This document shows positions 50,711 through 64,000 of a stretch of 64,000 nt of DNA, one piece after another. The notes below the pieces were generated by a model, which saw only the letters and a program-made list of their open reading frames with translations, did not search any database and was not told the origin of the DNA. Made by a program: the position numbers and the translations under genes. Position 1 is the first letter of the stretch. Each line of letters begins with the position of its first letter. Location: assembly GCF_964204645.1 (NCBI RefSeq), contig NC_134028.1, positions 9,176,001 to 9,240,000 on the forward strand. The letters run 5' to 3'. Origin of the DNA: Tubulanus polymorphus (lineage: Eukaryota > Animalia > Nemertea).

Positions 50711-51688
50711 ATGGAGAATGTCACCGATTCGTCTTGTTGGGAGGGTTACCCAGTTACTGCGTTCATGATAGCATTATTCAGTACTCACGGATTAACCTGT
50801 GTTATTGGTCTAATCGGTAACACATTGAACGCGCTCGTATTTTGTGTAATGACCTATCGGGGTAGTGGAGTGTTTTATCTGTGTGTACTCGCTGTTGTCG
50901 ACGCCGTCGGATGCGTGACAAAAATCTTCGATGATTTCATGTACGCGTTACAGAAACGACAACTGATCAGTGCAAAATTCGCGTACGACGCAATTCGTCA
51001 GAGTTCTGTCATTAAGTATTTTGGCGAGATCGCTACAAAGTTGTCATGGTGGATTATTCTAGCCGTCACCGTTGACCGCTTCATTGCTATTCTATATCCT
51101 TTAAAAGCACCGCAATTTTGTACCATAAACCGAGCAAAAATTGTCATCTTATGTCTCACATTCTTTGCATTTATCTATGCTATACCGACGTATGTATTTA
51201 ACGCGGTCATAGAACAGCCAACGTGTACGGGTCTCGTAGTTTTTCGTTTTTGGCACACGGAAAAACATGGACCCGTTGTCGCGATATTCGTAAAAAAGTA
51301 CATCCTAGGTAGTTTTTTTATCGTGTTCGGTGCCGGACCATTATTCATCGCCATGTTGTTGAATACAGCGATTTGTACGGCAATTTATCGAGGCAACGAG
51401 CGACGCAAAAGAATGTCAGGTGACAAAACATCCTCATCGAATACCATAAACATAAGCGTCACAGTTTCCATTTTGTGTTGCGTGAGTTTTTTTGAAGGAA
51501 TCTTTCTTGTAATTTATTGGGGTAACTATATCACGATTATTCCCCAGTTTCACCAGTATTTCGTTCTCGAACTTTTTAAAAATATTAACGTTTCAATGAA
51601 CGTCGTTGTTTACGTGTGCATCAGAAGAGGGTTCGGTAAAACGTTACTTTGGTGTTTGACGTTCAAGCGGTTTGGGATTAGATTGTAA
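50711..51688 (+). CDS. Rhodopsin-class GPCR (family D, distant paralogue of family A), 325 aa from the first ATG
   Basis: ATG at 50711 (MENVT sequon; the ORF-track start at 50690 is GTG), GLIGN, LAVVD, DRF, NVVVY; tail IRRGFGKTLLW matches family A IRKGFGKTLIW. Confidence 0.9.
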   Translation: MENVTDSSCWEGYPVTAFMIALFSTHGLTCVIGLIGNTLNALVFCVMTYRGSGVFYLCVLAVVDAVGCVTKIFDDFMYALQKRQLISAKFAYDAIRQSSVIKYFGEIATKLSWWIILAVTVDRFIAILYPLKAPQFCTINRAKIVILCLTFFAFIYAIPTYVFNAVIEQPTCTGLVVFRFWHTEKHGPVVAIFVKKYILGSFFIVFGAGPLFIAMLLNTAICTAIYRGNERRKRMSGDKTSSSNTINISVTVSILCCVSFFEGIFLVIYWGNYITIIPQFHQYFVLELFKNINVSMNVVVYVCIRRGFGKTLLWCLTFKRFGIRL

Positions 51689-54129
51689 TTAACAACCCAC
51701 CGTAATATGAATGCAGATATATATGCACCTATAAGTTTCCTTTATTGCGTATACATGGGAAACGTCATGTTCGATGCCTGAATGCCATGCGTAAGTTTGT
51801 GTAAAATTAAATTTACACCCGGAACGTCATGTGTTTTTCGATGATGCTACTGAACGAATGATGTTCGGGTCCAGAACGCAATTTGATAATGTGTTTAATT
51901 ATTAACGGAATGCGAAGCTAACACACGTTCAAGTGTTCACGAAGCTAACATAAAACAGAATATCCTTTTTACGGCGTAATACGGGGAATAAGACGATTTC
52001 ATTATTTTGTTAATATAAGTCATATAGCCTCCAAATTATTTTGTTTGTATATAACTAAATCTCACTTCGTGGCGTTACGGAAAGACGGAAGAAATTAGTC
52101 TGGTAGAAAAGACAATGAGAAGTAGGCTTATAATAAGCGATAAGACGTGAGAGTGATTTAGGGTCAATTATAATAGTTGGGGAGTTCAACGTGCTTCTGC
52201 TTTTTGCCGTTAACGGCTTAGCTTTTGTTCCCGCGGGTCGTCTTCTTCGTATTATATTCTCACTACGCGGTGCTGCGGACGCACGGAAGATTTCAGTTCG
52301 CCTTATGTTGACTTGGTTGGTAAGCCAGTTGTGCTGTTGATGGGAGAAGTTAATGGTCACAATGGGTCAGTTTTCTTGAATTGAAAAAATGAAATCAAAG
52401 GAAGCATTGTAGGTTGTCACCCCGTTGGTCCGAGCATGATGTGGGACCCAGTCTTTGCCATATCTATTTATTTATTCAGTAGATCCTCGCAACAGGGAGT
52501 GAGAATATAATACTTTGAGAATAGAGCTTTTAGTCTTATGTTCTCGAAGAACTGGTTATGCATCTCTGATAAGGATAATATGCATCTCCAGTGTCATCTT
52601 AGTGTGAGTTCTGTGGTCTGGGGAGCCTTTTGTCCATGGTCAACCAATAAGAACCATGTTTTTATTCTATTGTTCAAAATGACTTATTGGAAAATCATTT
52701 TTCTACATATTGAACAAAACACGCAGTTATTTCAATCAGAGAACAAATTAGTTGGTAATGGTATTCGTGTAAAGCCTTATTTGCTTTGTCACCATTTTCT
52801 AAATCAGAAGAAATCAACGATTCAGGAGTATAACTAGTTTAATCGATAGGTAAATTGAATACGAATGGAGAGTTTTTTTTTCATCACAATATTCGCCATG
52901 CACCATATTTCAAAAGAGAATTTCCTTTAGAAGCAGAAAAGTAGAAATAAATCGCCCACCGGTTGAATGGAGTACAAATATATCGAATTTGAAATACTTT
53001 TCGTTCACTCATAGGCAATGAGCAAACCCCACAGGCGATCATTTGACAATTTATTCCGACAGTTTTCGAAGTTTTGACTAAACTTCATCAGAGGAGCTGT
53101 AGTTGGCTCCATTAATGCGAAGAAGACCTTTCTTTAGGATTTATATTGGATTTTAATATCGAGACATAACGAACATGAAATGATGAAATGCTGATCTGAA
53201 ATTGATAACATATAGAATTTAAACTCTGACCTTAAATAAATTTGAACACTGATCTTTGATTAATTTCCTATTTAAATCATTCATTATCAAATATAATAGA
53301 ATACAAATTAACTGGTAAACTTTAAGTTTCGCAAAAGTGACAAGGATTCATTGCATATGTTAATCATACGCGAGCGTGCCTTTCGTAAAACATAAATTTT
53401 CCGCAATTACGTATTTGTTTGAAATTGAGACGTCGCTTGTCCTTTTGTTGTAAGCCATGTACACATTTTTTTAATGATGAAGATTACGGGATATGCGAAA
53501 TATGATTTACCTTTTTTAAAAAATCATTGATTTGTTGATCGATAGAACTTTAGGCCCGAAAGCAAAATGTTATTTGTTATACTGCGCATGCATTGTACGT
53601 ATGCGAATGTCCGAGCCACTCAATCAGCAAGCGTATTGATTGAATAGAGAAATGGGACATAGGCGCCGAAAATTTTCATCGTTTTAACACATTTTTCGTA
53701 TCATCGTCTTTGTATTGAACTGATTTTTTTACTGGGAGTATGTACTACATTCGGCCGGGACATACACTAATCAAGGCGCGTTCACACTACGTAATTTAGA
53801 CCGGTCTACATTTGGCCCGTTTCGATTTTGACCGGACCAAGCGTTCACACTGTTCGCAAAAAGTCCGTTCAAAATTGATCCGTTGCATTTTTGATCTGTC
53901 CAACATGGTCCGACCCAAATGACCGAACAAGGTCCGAACAAATTGTAGGTTTTATCCACAACGAATATGAAAACGCTTTTCTTACACGACTTGTTTCAAC
54001 CTGTTTAAGAATGATGTTATGTTTGGCCACCGAGGGAGAGGTTCAGTCCCCCGAAAGACCTCTCCTGTATCCGCCCGAGCCTGATATATTATTAGAAGCA
54101 CTGCATCGCCAAAAGAAGGATTACTAACT

Positions 54130-54605
54130 AGTGAAATGGCGGTGCGCAGTGGGGGACCCCTTTTGCGCGTAGTCTCAAACTCAAGCGGGTACAGATCAGT
54201 CGTCAGGAAAGATATTCAAAAAAAATTCAACGCAGGCTTAAACTGCAAATAATCCTCTTTAACCTCTGTGAAAATAGGAAATATAGCTTTAAGAGATACT
54301 TAGATATTTTAAAATTAATAAATATTGCGATTTCTTTTACGCACGGTTAAGATATGCGGTCCTTGGTTTCACATCGTCACTGTTCTCAATTGTTACGTTC
54401 AAAAATTCCAAGAATCGCCAGCAAATATCTGCATTTCATTTCCTTTAAAATGGTGTATAAATTGATTTCGTCGAGCAAGGGACTGCAGAACTATATGATA
54501 TTCAATCTAAACTTATTTTTTAAAAATGAGCGCAAATTATCGCAACAATGGGGACCTCGAGGGACCGCCACAAAATGGCGCCTAGAAACTGGAAACTTCT
54601 TTATT
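54130..54605. mobile_element. Inverted, one-end-truncated copy of the 6975-7490 MITE
   Basis: Reverse-complement match; the ORF track shows the same spurious peptide at 6963 and 54354. Confidence 0.8.
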
Positions 54606-56409
54606 GAGTCAACCCCCGGATTAATTCAATACCAGCCTATAAAACTTGGCCAAAAGGTAAAACTAGTTCCCGTTCGAATTCATTCAGCATGGCAACAATA
54701 CCGTAATCGCTGCTTTGCAGCCATATCTATTTTTGATTATGCGTACTTTGAATTGTACGAGTTGCTGAAAATAGCCACTGGCCATCTTTATGCAAGGTGA
54801 TATCCAATGTCGCAGGAAATATTTGTATTTTTCCTTTGGATTGCGTCGTACGATGATTATCTAAACGTGTATATATGTATATCACAAAAAAATAAGAATA
54901 AAATCCCGCATGCAGAAATTGGTTTTCGTTTATTTTTTGAAATGAGTAAAACACTACCGCACGATCCCGCTAAACAATCTGATCACACATTTCGGTGTTT
55001 TTGTCTTACGGTCGCTTCTCAATTGTTACTTTGGCAGGTGAGTATTTTAGTAACGAATTGCTTTCTATCCGGATTCAATGTCATTGACGCCTAATTTCCT
55101 CCATTGAAGAATAGAAAGTAGTCGCCCTCATCACTTTTGGAACTTGGAATAAGGCAATTTATTTCTCTCTTTTTTAATAAATCGGAGGTAAAAATTATAG
55201 CCTGCCACCCTAGTCACTTTTTGAAAATAGGGCCTACAAGCGCATTTTTTTGCGTGGCCTAGTTTTCTCGTTCAAGTTTACTACGACATCGAGCCGTCGA
55301 TATTCTGTAACGAAAACTACATTCGCGTCGGTGAGTCCGACAACAAACCTTGCGCTACCGTAATAAAACAACTAGATAATATCCGCAGTAACGATTTGGT
55401 TTCGTTGTTGTTTAGGAGTAACGTCGTAATTGGATATAACTCAAATTGATACAGTCATAAAAACTGATGATAATTTGCTCTATTTCTGAATAATTGTGAG
55501 GTCAATGCACTGAACATATGGAAATAATTTGTTTATTGATAACATAAATACGTCTGGCATGCGTCGCTTTTGTGTTCCATCCCATACCCTACGTGTAAAA
55601 GCTTGACACTTCTAACTAGGTGACCAGTGACACCACGTCTTCCTTGGGAGAGGTTAAAATGATCAACAATTCGACAGCTTAACGCCCTCTGTTAAAACAT
55701 ATACTAAAAAAACCTATGGCCTCGGAACTCACCACAATCATAGAAGATGAGCTCCAATTTTTATAATTGATTGCGGTTGCAAAATATGCATCAGTACCTA
55801 AATATGAATATACAAATTTATGGGCGCTAATCCAGTTTACGGCTTTATAGTGCTTGTGTTAATTTGCAATGCGTTCTTCAGTCAGTGTTGACAGTAAATG
55901 ACCGTTGACAGTCGACAGCTAGATTAAACGATCAGCAGGGCGATCTTTCAACCTGTCACCTGAAGTATGGCAATTACTTTATGTGAATTTTACTGCCAAT
56001 TTTATTCATGATTTCCATTGTTTCTCATAAATGCAGTGCGAAGATAATCGTGGGATTTTGGATGATTTTGAAGATCCAAATATAACAATGATGTTTTGAA
56101 ATGCCAAAAAGCATTTGACGTTCACCGGTGCATTTCTACTCGGCGTGATTATTTTACTGTTTGTATTCATAGTTTTTGCTCATAAGATATGAAATTAAAA
56201 CGTTGATTAAATGAAATCCCAGTGGTCACCAGGTAACGAAAAAAAGAGACCAGATGAAGTTCATTAATTTAAAAACACGTCTATTTAAAAGACAGTGGTT
56301 TAAAGTAGGCTTTGTATAGAAGCTACTGAAAAACAAAAAATTGTAAAATTGATGAACATACAATTGAAATGCTTGACTGGAAAACTTTAAAACTTCCCCG
56401 GCCACACTT

Positions 56410-58320
56410 TTAACAATGATATCGGGTCTGATATTGTCCGAGGATCCAGTAACGGAAGAACTGGTTCGTTCCATTTGAAAATCTCGTCCAGAAGTTCGGC
56501 GGACGGAAAATGATGTCTTGGATGCTTTCGTCCTCTAGGAATACCCATTCGAATAGCCTTCCTTCGTCGTCAACTAGTTCGTGTTCTGACGAGCGAGCCC
56601 AGCAGTCTCCGCGAGCCCAACGTCCTTTCAGATCTTTCGCCACGAGGCATCCGTCCCGTCTCTCGTAAACATGGGCGACATCGGCCTCGATGCTTCTAGT
56701 TAAGGCCGCTAAGTGGCGTTGGCTGGTAGTTGGTTCGCTGAAAACGCTCATTTCGGAGTTGACTGCGGTGTTGTCGATGACCGGTGCGCTGATGGTGCGC
56801 AGCGATGACAGCTCAACGTCAATTTGGACGACGGTAACTGGTAGAGAACGGCGACTGGTCTGTAACATACTGATTCCGGAGAACAGATGGACGGGCACGA
56901 TACCGGAGCTGGTAGTACGGGTTAGAACTACAAACGACGCTGACGTTGAGAGGTCTAATTCGTTGTTGTTAACCTCCATCGATGAGAGGGCTTCAAATTA
57001 AAAAAAAAAGAAATCTATCAGAAATTTTTGAATTCAGAACATATTTGAATCATATGAGTATTAGTTATCTACCTCGTGGTATCAGGTTGATCATCGGAAA
57101 AAGGTTAGAAATAAGGATGTCTCCATTTGTTCCAACATAGTTAGGTAGACTGTGTGCGTGGTGCAGCGGTATTCTGACAGTCTCGTGGCCTGTTACATCG
57201 ACGGTAGCAGCATCAACTATCGGCACATCCGGTGAAGAATGTCCATGAACGGAAATATCGGTGAACGAGCGATGAATGAAGCGTTCGTCTGACGGATAGA
57301 CTATCAACGTCGAGCCGGATGAGAAGATTCTTTTTCCGTAATCGATCGATATTTCTTCTTGTGTTCTGAATTCTGGCAGCTCCCCGGGTTGTTCAGCACG
57401 AACGCGTAGAACCTTCTTTACATCTGGACAAGATTTAGTTGCGTACGGTTTGATGATTGGGTCGACGTTCTCGAAACTTTTCGAAGCGCTGATTCGTCCC
57501 GATTTCACGTATTTTAACCGAGGGATCGTTTCCGTTATATCAATCTCGGTTAGACTGTATCTAGCCACTCTTGGTCGATACGTTTTGATCTCTAACTCGG
57601 ACATTTTCCGGCGTGAAGACGTCGGAGCCGTTTCTGAAGATGTCAGTCGTCGAGCCAGCTTGGTTCGGATAAGTTCCATAGCCGATCCGATCGAATCGTA
57701 GATAACGCCGATACCGCAGACAATAAGCGTGTAAAAAAATTTAAAGACTTTGCAAATCAGTCTCAGTAATAGGAACAATAGCATAAGTAGATAATCTGAA
57801 AAAAAAATAAAAAATACATTTTCAAAATAGCCCTTGATGTTCAGGAAAGAAATGTTAACAAGTTAATAGGTGTATGGGTGTATCGAGTATAGCATGCTAT
57901 GATTGCACGGTATGGGGTATGGTAAGATAATGTTGATTTGATTGAAAAAGTAAGAATGCTCGTATATAGATTAGATAATATGAAGTAAAACTTGAGAAAA
58001 ATCTTTAGTAAAATTTGAAAATAGTAGTAAATTGGCAACATTTTTTTCGATCATCGATTTACGATTCTCATCGATTTACACTGACCTCCAGCATTATAGA
58101 TGAGACCGAGAATGGCGTACCATAATAGCAGGATACCAATGCACATCACCGCCAGTTGCTGGCGGTATTTGTTGAGCAGACGAATTTTCAGAGAAATTCC
58201 TGCAGATTTAATCACCGTTAACAGCAACAAAGTCGTCGCTAGCATTATCTGAACGTCAGCAAGCGATATTGCAGAAACAGGTCCACTGGAAACAAATGAA
58301 GAAAATTGGTTAGCTGTCAT
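56410..58320 (-). CDS. Predicted three-exon gene for an uncharacterised membrane protein (~512 aa); exons 58320-58086, 57795-57073, 56990-56410
   Basis: Three GC-richer ORFs are joined in frame by two phase-1 GT-AG introns with T-rich acceptors; hydrophobic N-terminal segments and a Ser/Thr-rich tail. Confidence 0.65.
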
Positions 58321-59367
58321 TACGAATTAAATGATACATTTGTCCACAAGTTTTAATTCCAACGAACTTAGGAAAGATCAATGTTTGTTTTTTAAAGCAC
58401 TGGCATAGCAGACAGAATGGTTGGAAGATGAATCGGTCTTTACCAAATACAATATGAATGTTGATAACCAATGAATGAAACATTCGACCTACCTCAGATA
58501 CTGTTCTGTCATGTCGCAAATATCTCGAAACTCTGACCACAATGCCGTCAGATGCATGGCTGTAAAAGCCACGAAAAGTTTATAAAGAATAATCGTCATT
58601 TTTCTACTAAGTGTGACTTCGAAGAATCATTTTCGTAGCCCGCGAGTAAAACCACTGTGCAAACTCTAAAGCGAAAGCCAAGGAAAGCAGTGCAACTTGT
58701 GTTCGTAGCAACGAAATACGAACTTTTTTTCATAGTAACTAAGGAAGTCGTGTATCGGTACACCTCATTAAATGTGATGCGGCTGTCTTATTTCCCGTTT
58801 TTCGTTGTTGCTAGGAAAACCAAAGTCTCGACACTTCTATCTTTTTCAACCATTTGCCTACATTTTATTCCATAAGTTTGAAATATGTATTCAATATAGG
58901 GGACTATTTGTATCGCTGTTCATACCTTCTGATATAGAATAAAAGATAAGCGCTCTCATTAGGGGACGTGGTAACATCCTTATCCATTTCAAACTTGTTA
59001 TGAGATTTATGTGTACTACTGCAGCAGGGGAAAATAGAATCTAAATGACCCTTGAAATGAAAGTTTTTCATAGCTTTCGTGAGCTACGTACAGAACGCAT
59101 TCGAATGAAGCAATCTCACATACGTAAGTTTCATGAATGTGCGCTGCTTTTTTAATTACATCCTTTGCTGAGCAGAGCGTATCGGGATAGAATATTATGC
59201 CTCTAAACGTGAGGAAGATTACAAACTAGGAAGGGATGCCAACAGACACCAAGCGAGGAGAGAGTGTTAAAGATCTAGAGAAAGGTTTCGTTGCCGTGAT
59301 TCATGTACGTGCGGCATAATTGCGACTTGATCTTTTTCGCTTCGATGAAAACTAACAATACGCAGCG

Positions 59368-60481
<1,114 letters not shown>

Positions 60482-61045
60482 AAAGCATATGCCGCAAATA
60501 TCGATAGAAATTCATATCTCAATAAAATATGAGATATCAACATAATCGATTGACGTCTCTTTGAGATCTCCCTTGAGAACTTCAAAAAAGTATGTAATGT
60601 GCTGATTTTGATGAATAGTGACTCGGCCATCTTAATTCTAATCGGGCCGGTATTTAAGCTGAAGATGTGTCAAGTTTTGGTTTGAGCAAAAGGTCTATCA
60701 TGTGTACAGTTGACTACTACAGCAGAACCATATGGTAGAGCCAACTAGTAATTCGGATCATTTGCAATCCTACCAAATTAAACCGGTTTTTCATGCGGGA
60801 AATCGGAATTGATATTGATTTTCTTGTATACTAATGCATAAATAGAAAATAGAAATATAAATGAAAATATTGTTCGGATTAGACCTTAATCAGGATTAAG
60901 CCGATCCGGATTAAGCGGGTTCCACCGTAGATTGCCTCGGATCTCGCGGGACCAATAGATTCGATTTTCGACGAAGAATTAGGACTATTTTTAACATTTT
61001 TTTCCCGGGCACGTCGCAATTATCCAAGGCAAGACTCAGGCAACG

Positions 61046-61185
61046 GGGTCCAGTTTCACCAAAAAGTTAACCTCTAAACGCAAAATTTTCGGTGTAATTG
61101 CCATTGCTTACTTCATTTTTTTCAATGAGGACAACAATTCAAAATTTACCGTTTTAGGCTTAAACTTTTTCATGAAACCTGGCCT
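61046..61185. mobile_element. Small degenerate MITE, possibly PIF/Harbinger-type
   Basis: ggtccagtttcaccaaaaagttaa ... ttaaactttttcatgaaacctggcc imperfect TIRs. Confidence 0.4.
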
Positions 61186-62359
61186 GGGGGTCGGCTCTGC
61201 GGCAAGCGGAGTCTACAGTAGCACAAACATTTCATTCGTCGAAATATTTTTAATCGTTCATTAATAAGTACACTTCTTTATAAATACGTGCACCCGCGCA
61301 GCCTACAACGCAAAAAATACCCTAAATAGAGCGAGTAATAATATAAATAACGCTTAATAAGTGAATGTACTTTATGGTGGCTTTTTGTCTTACTGTGATG
61401 AAATGTTATCATAATTATTTCTATTTCGGGTCAATCGGCACGATCAATTGTACAAAAAGTGCTATTGTACGAGAGTGTGATGATTTCACTGTTTTCTTCG
61501 CTGGGTCAGTCCATGCTTAAATAAATGTTCCTATATTTTTCTATGAGGCAGGCCTACATGCTGAAACAAGCATACCTTAATTTCCTTATTACAAAAGAAA
61601 ATCTATCATGAACAAATCGGTCGGTATAGAGATAGCTGTTTCGAGCATAAATTCCGACGTTCGTCAAATAGAAATAACACGGATTGATTTTCTGGAATAA
61701 TCGATTATTGATTTGATAAAATACGTATTTCTTCTAACAAAAGAAAAAGGCGATTAGTATACGCGTTCACACGGAACCTTACTGGTCTGCCCGGCTGGTC
61801 TGTCAACCGTCCCGTGCAGTCGTCACCTCACGCGAGAAAACCAAAATTTTCGAAATCCCGTGCGAGGAAACAAAAAAGCAACACACCAAAATATGTGAAG
61901 TTTTCTATTGTAACTCTAGCCGCAGAATAATAATTTTTTTTTGTAAAGTCTGTTGCCAGCTTATTTCAGCTTTACTCAGCTTTATTTTACTCAGGGGACT
62001 TTATTCGCCAGCAAAGATTCGGATGAGCGGGCCCGCGCATGAAGCATCGTTTTTCCACGTGCTGCCAATTTCTAGTCTATCAATTCGCAGAATGCGCATA
62101 TGCATATTCGCATAATCCGAGTTAGTAACTCAGAGTAAAGAATAGTTTTGTAAAGTTTTTTCATCTTTCGGATACGGTGAGTAACTAAAACGAAAATGAT
62201 TTTGATTTTATTCGTTCATGTTTCGGATATGCCGAGTTAAATGCTCAGAGTGAAATAATTTGATTTTGTTTTAGCTGTAACTCCAAGTACCATCCCGTGA
62301 AAAGGTCGATAAAGAAAACATCTTTCATTATAGAATCGTTGTTGAAATGGTTTTATAAT

Positions 62360-64000
62360 AGTAATAGGGGTAATAGGCTTTCATACCAAAGGTCGAGAGG
62401 TCGAGAAAGTAAAAAAATAAATTCTCGCACACTCGAATTTATTTTTTATTTTTACTCACTCGCCCCTTCAACCTTTGATATGAAAGCCTATTAACCCTAT
62501 TACTCTTAAAATAATCATATACATGAATAACATTTAAATTGACGGATTATTCAATATAAAAGTGTGAGCTCTTATAGAATAGATATATAGATATATTTTA
62601 AACATTATTTCAATATTTATATTTGTATGAGTTAGATTTTTAAACATTAAAAGTGTTAGTAAAGTGTGATTGAAATAATACATGATATAAATCATTGTAC
62701 TTCTAAAATCAATTTTAAAAAAAAATTTGATATTAAAATGGAAGCAAATAAGTACTACTGCCCAACATGTAATATCAATATAGATAAATCCCAAAAATCA
62801 AGACACAATAAAACTAAAACACATTTAGAGAATAAATTGAAACTAGAAAATAAAGATGATATATTAGAATCTAAATTAGATGAATTAAAGAATGAAAAAG
62901 AAACATATAAATGTGATACATGTAATCAATCATTCAGTGATAAAAGATATTATAAAGAACATTTAAAATCTAAAAGTCATATTAGAAATAAGAATAATGA
63001 TATTTTAGGTGAAGATTATTTTGATAAAGATAATGATAAGAAACAGAAGACAATTAAAACCATAAAAAATAAATTAAACAATAAAAGACCATACATGGAA
63101 GATGTAAGAAATTATATTAATTCATTGGATAATAAAAAAGATATAGAGATAACCGAAGCATTTAAAAGTGATATTGGCCCAGCAGCTATCGAGTTTAAAT
63201 TTCATAAAGGAAAAACATTAGAAGAAAATAAAAAACATTTAGAAAATATGAAAGAAATAATAAAAATAATAACTGATGTTGAATATCCTAAAATTAGTAT
63301 ATCTTCTAAAGTAAAGTTTATAAAATCTGAAGATAAACCAATATATAATATAAATTCTCATTCACAACATATTATATCTAAACAACATATAGATGATAAA
63401 TTAGATTAATGTTATAATGAATTAAAAAATAATATAGAAGAGAAATATTTTGAAGGATCAGGTTTGATATTTGATGAGATAATATTTATGACTTTACATG
63501 TTTATAACACAAAATATAATAAGTTAACTAAATCAAAACCAATTGATGAAAATAATGTATCATATTATAAAGAACCAGATATTGAAGCATCGAGTTATAT
63601 TAAACTACCATTTAAAACTAATGCTGTAATAAATGTACAAAATGAAGATGATAAATGTTTTCTATGGACAATGATAAGTTGTTTACATCCAACAGAAGAT
63701 ATTACACATAGTTTTAGATTAACTCATTATAAACCATTTGAAAATGATTATAAGATAGATAAGTATCCTGTTAGAATTAAAAACACCCCAAAGATAGAAA
63801 GAGATAATAATATAAAGATAAATGTATTTAATTTAATCAAATTACCAAATACAAAAGGTAACAACATAAAACATTATACATTAGAACCTTTATATCTATC
63901 AAAAGATTATGATTCAAATGATGTTATAGATATACTATATTATGACAATCATTATACGTGGATTAAACAAATCGATTTATTTTTTAAATCAGAAAATGAT
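62360..64000 (+). mobile_element. Polinton/adintovirus-like endogenous element, running off the window
   Basis: Long hairpin at 62360-62504, AAAGTG motif repeats, very low GC and a polymerase-N-terminus-like reading frame. Confidence 0.65.
62738..64000 (+). pseudogene. Zinc-finger plus terminal-protein/OTU-like N-terminal region of a protein-primed DNA polymerase B, with one in-frame stop
   Basis: Two C2H2-type fingers (CPTC...RHNKTKTH; CDTC...EHLKSKSH). After TAA at 63407-63409 the same frame stays open to the window end and reads EGSGLIF, SYIKLP, VINVQNEDDKCFLW, LHP, INVF, DNHYTWIK. Confidence 0.7.

Noticed and set aside
62040-62300. Candidate left terminal inverted repeat of the Polinton-like element
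   Set aside because: Short repeats are present (ccgagtt, tcggata, ctcagagt), but no clear AGTAGT-type end is visible and the partner end is outside the window.

Overview
AT-rich eukaryotic genomic DNA with no prokaryotic features; the repeat and receptor types suggest a lophotrochozoan-type invertebrate (inference). The window is a birth-and-death cluster of rhodopsin-class (FMRFamide/peptide-receptor-like) GPCR genes with single-exon coding regions: six intact ORFs, a nonsense-truncated copy, an inverted frameshifted pseudogene and degraded relics. Much of the cluster lies in a recent tandem segmental duplication (about 14.2-44.8 kb). Mobile DNA includes a near-intact CR1/L2-group LINE present in only one duplicate, three non-autonomous elements sharing a TATGGTGGCTGAT terminus (two with perfect 6-bp TSDs, IS3EU-like), Helentron/HINE-like elements, foldback MITEs and a 34-bp P-element-like excision footprint. 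The most unusual signal is a family of very AT-rich virus-like (Polinton/adintovirus-like) segments at 16.5, 32.3 and 62.3 kb. They share a hairpin with a compensatory base change and an iterated AAAGTG(C/T)GAGT motif; the 62.3 kb copy leads into a zinc-finger plus OTU-like frame resembling the N-terminus of a protein-primed DNA polymerase. A three-exon orphan membrane-protein gene can be assembled at 56.4-58.3 kb. Family assignments come from motif recognition only; no searches were run.
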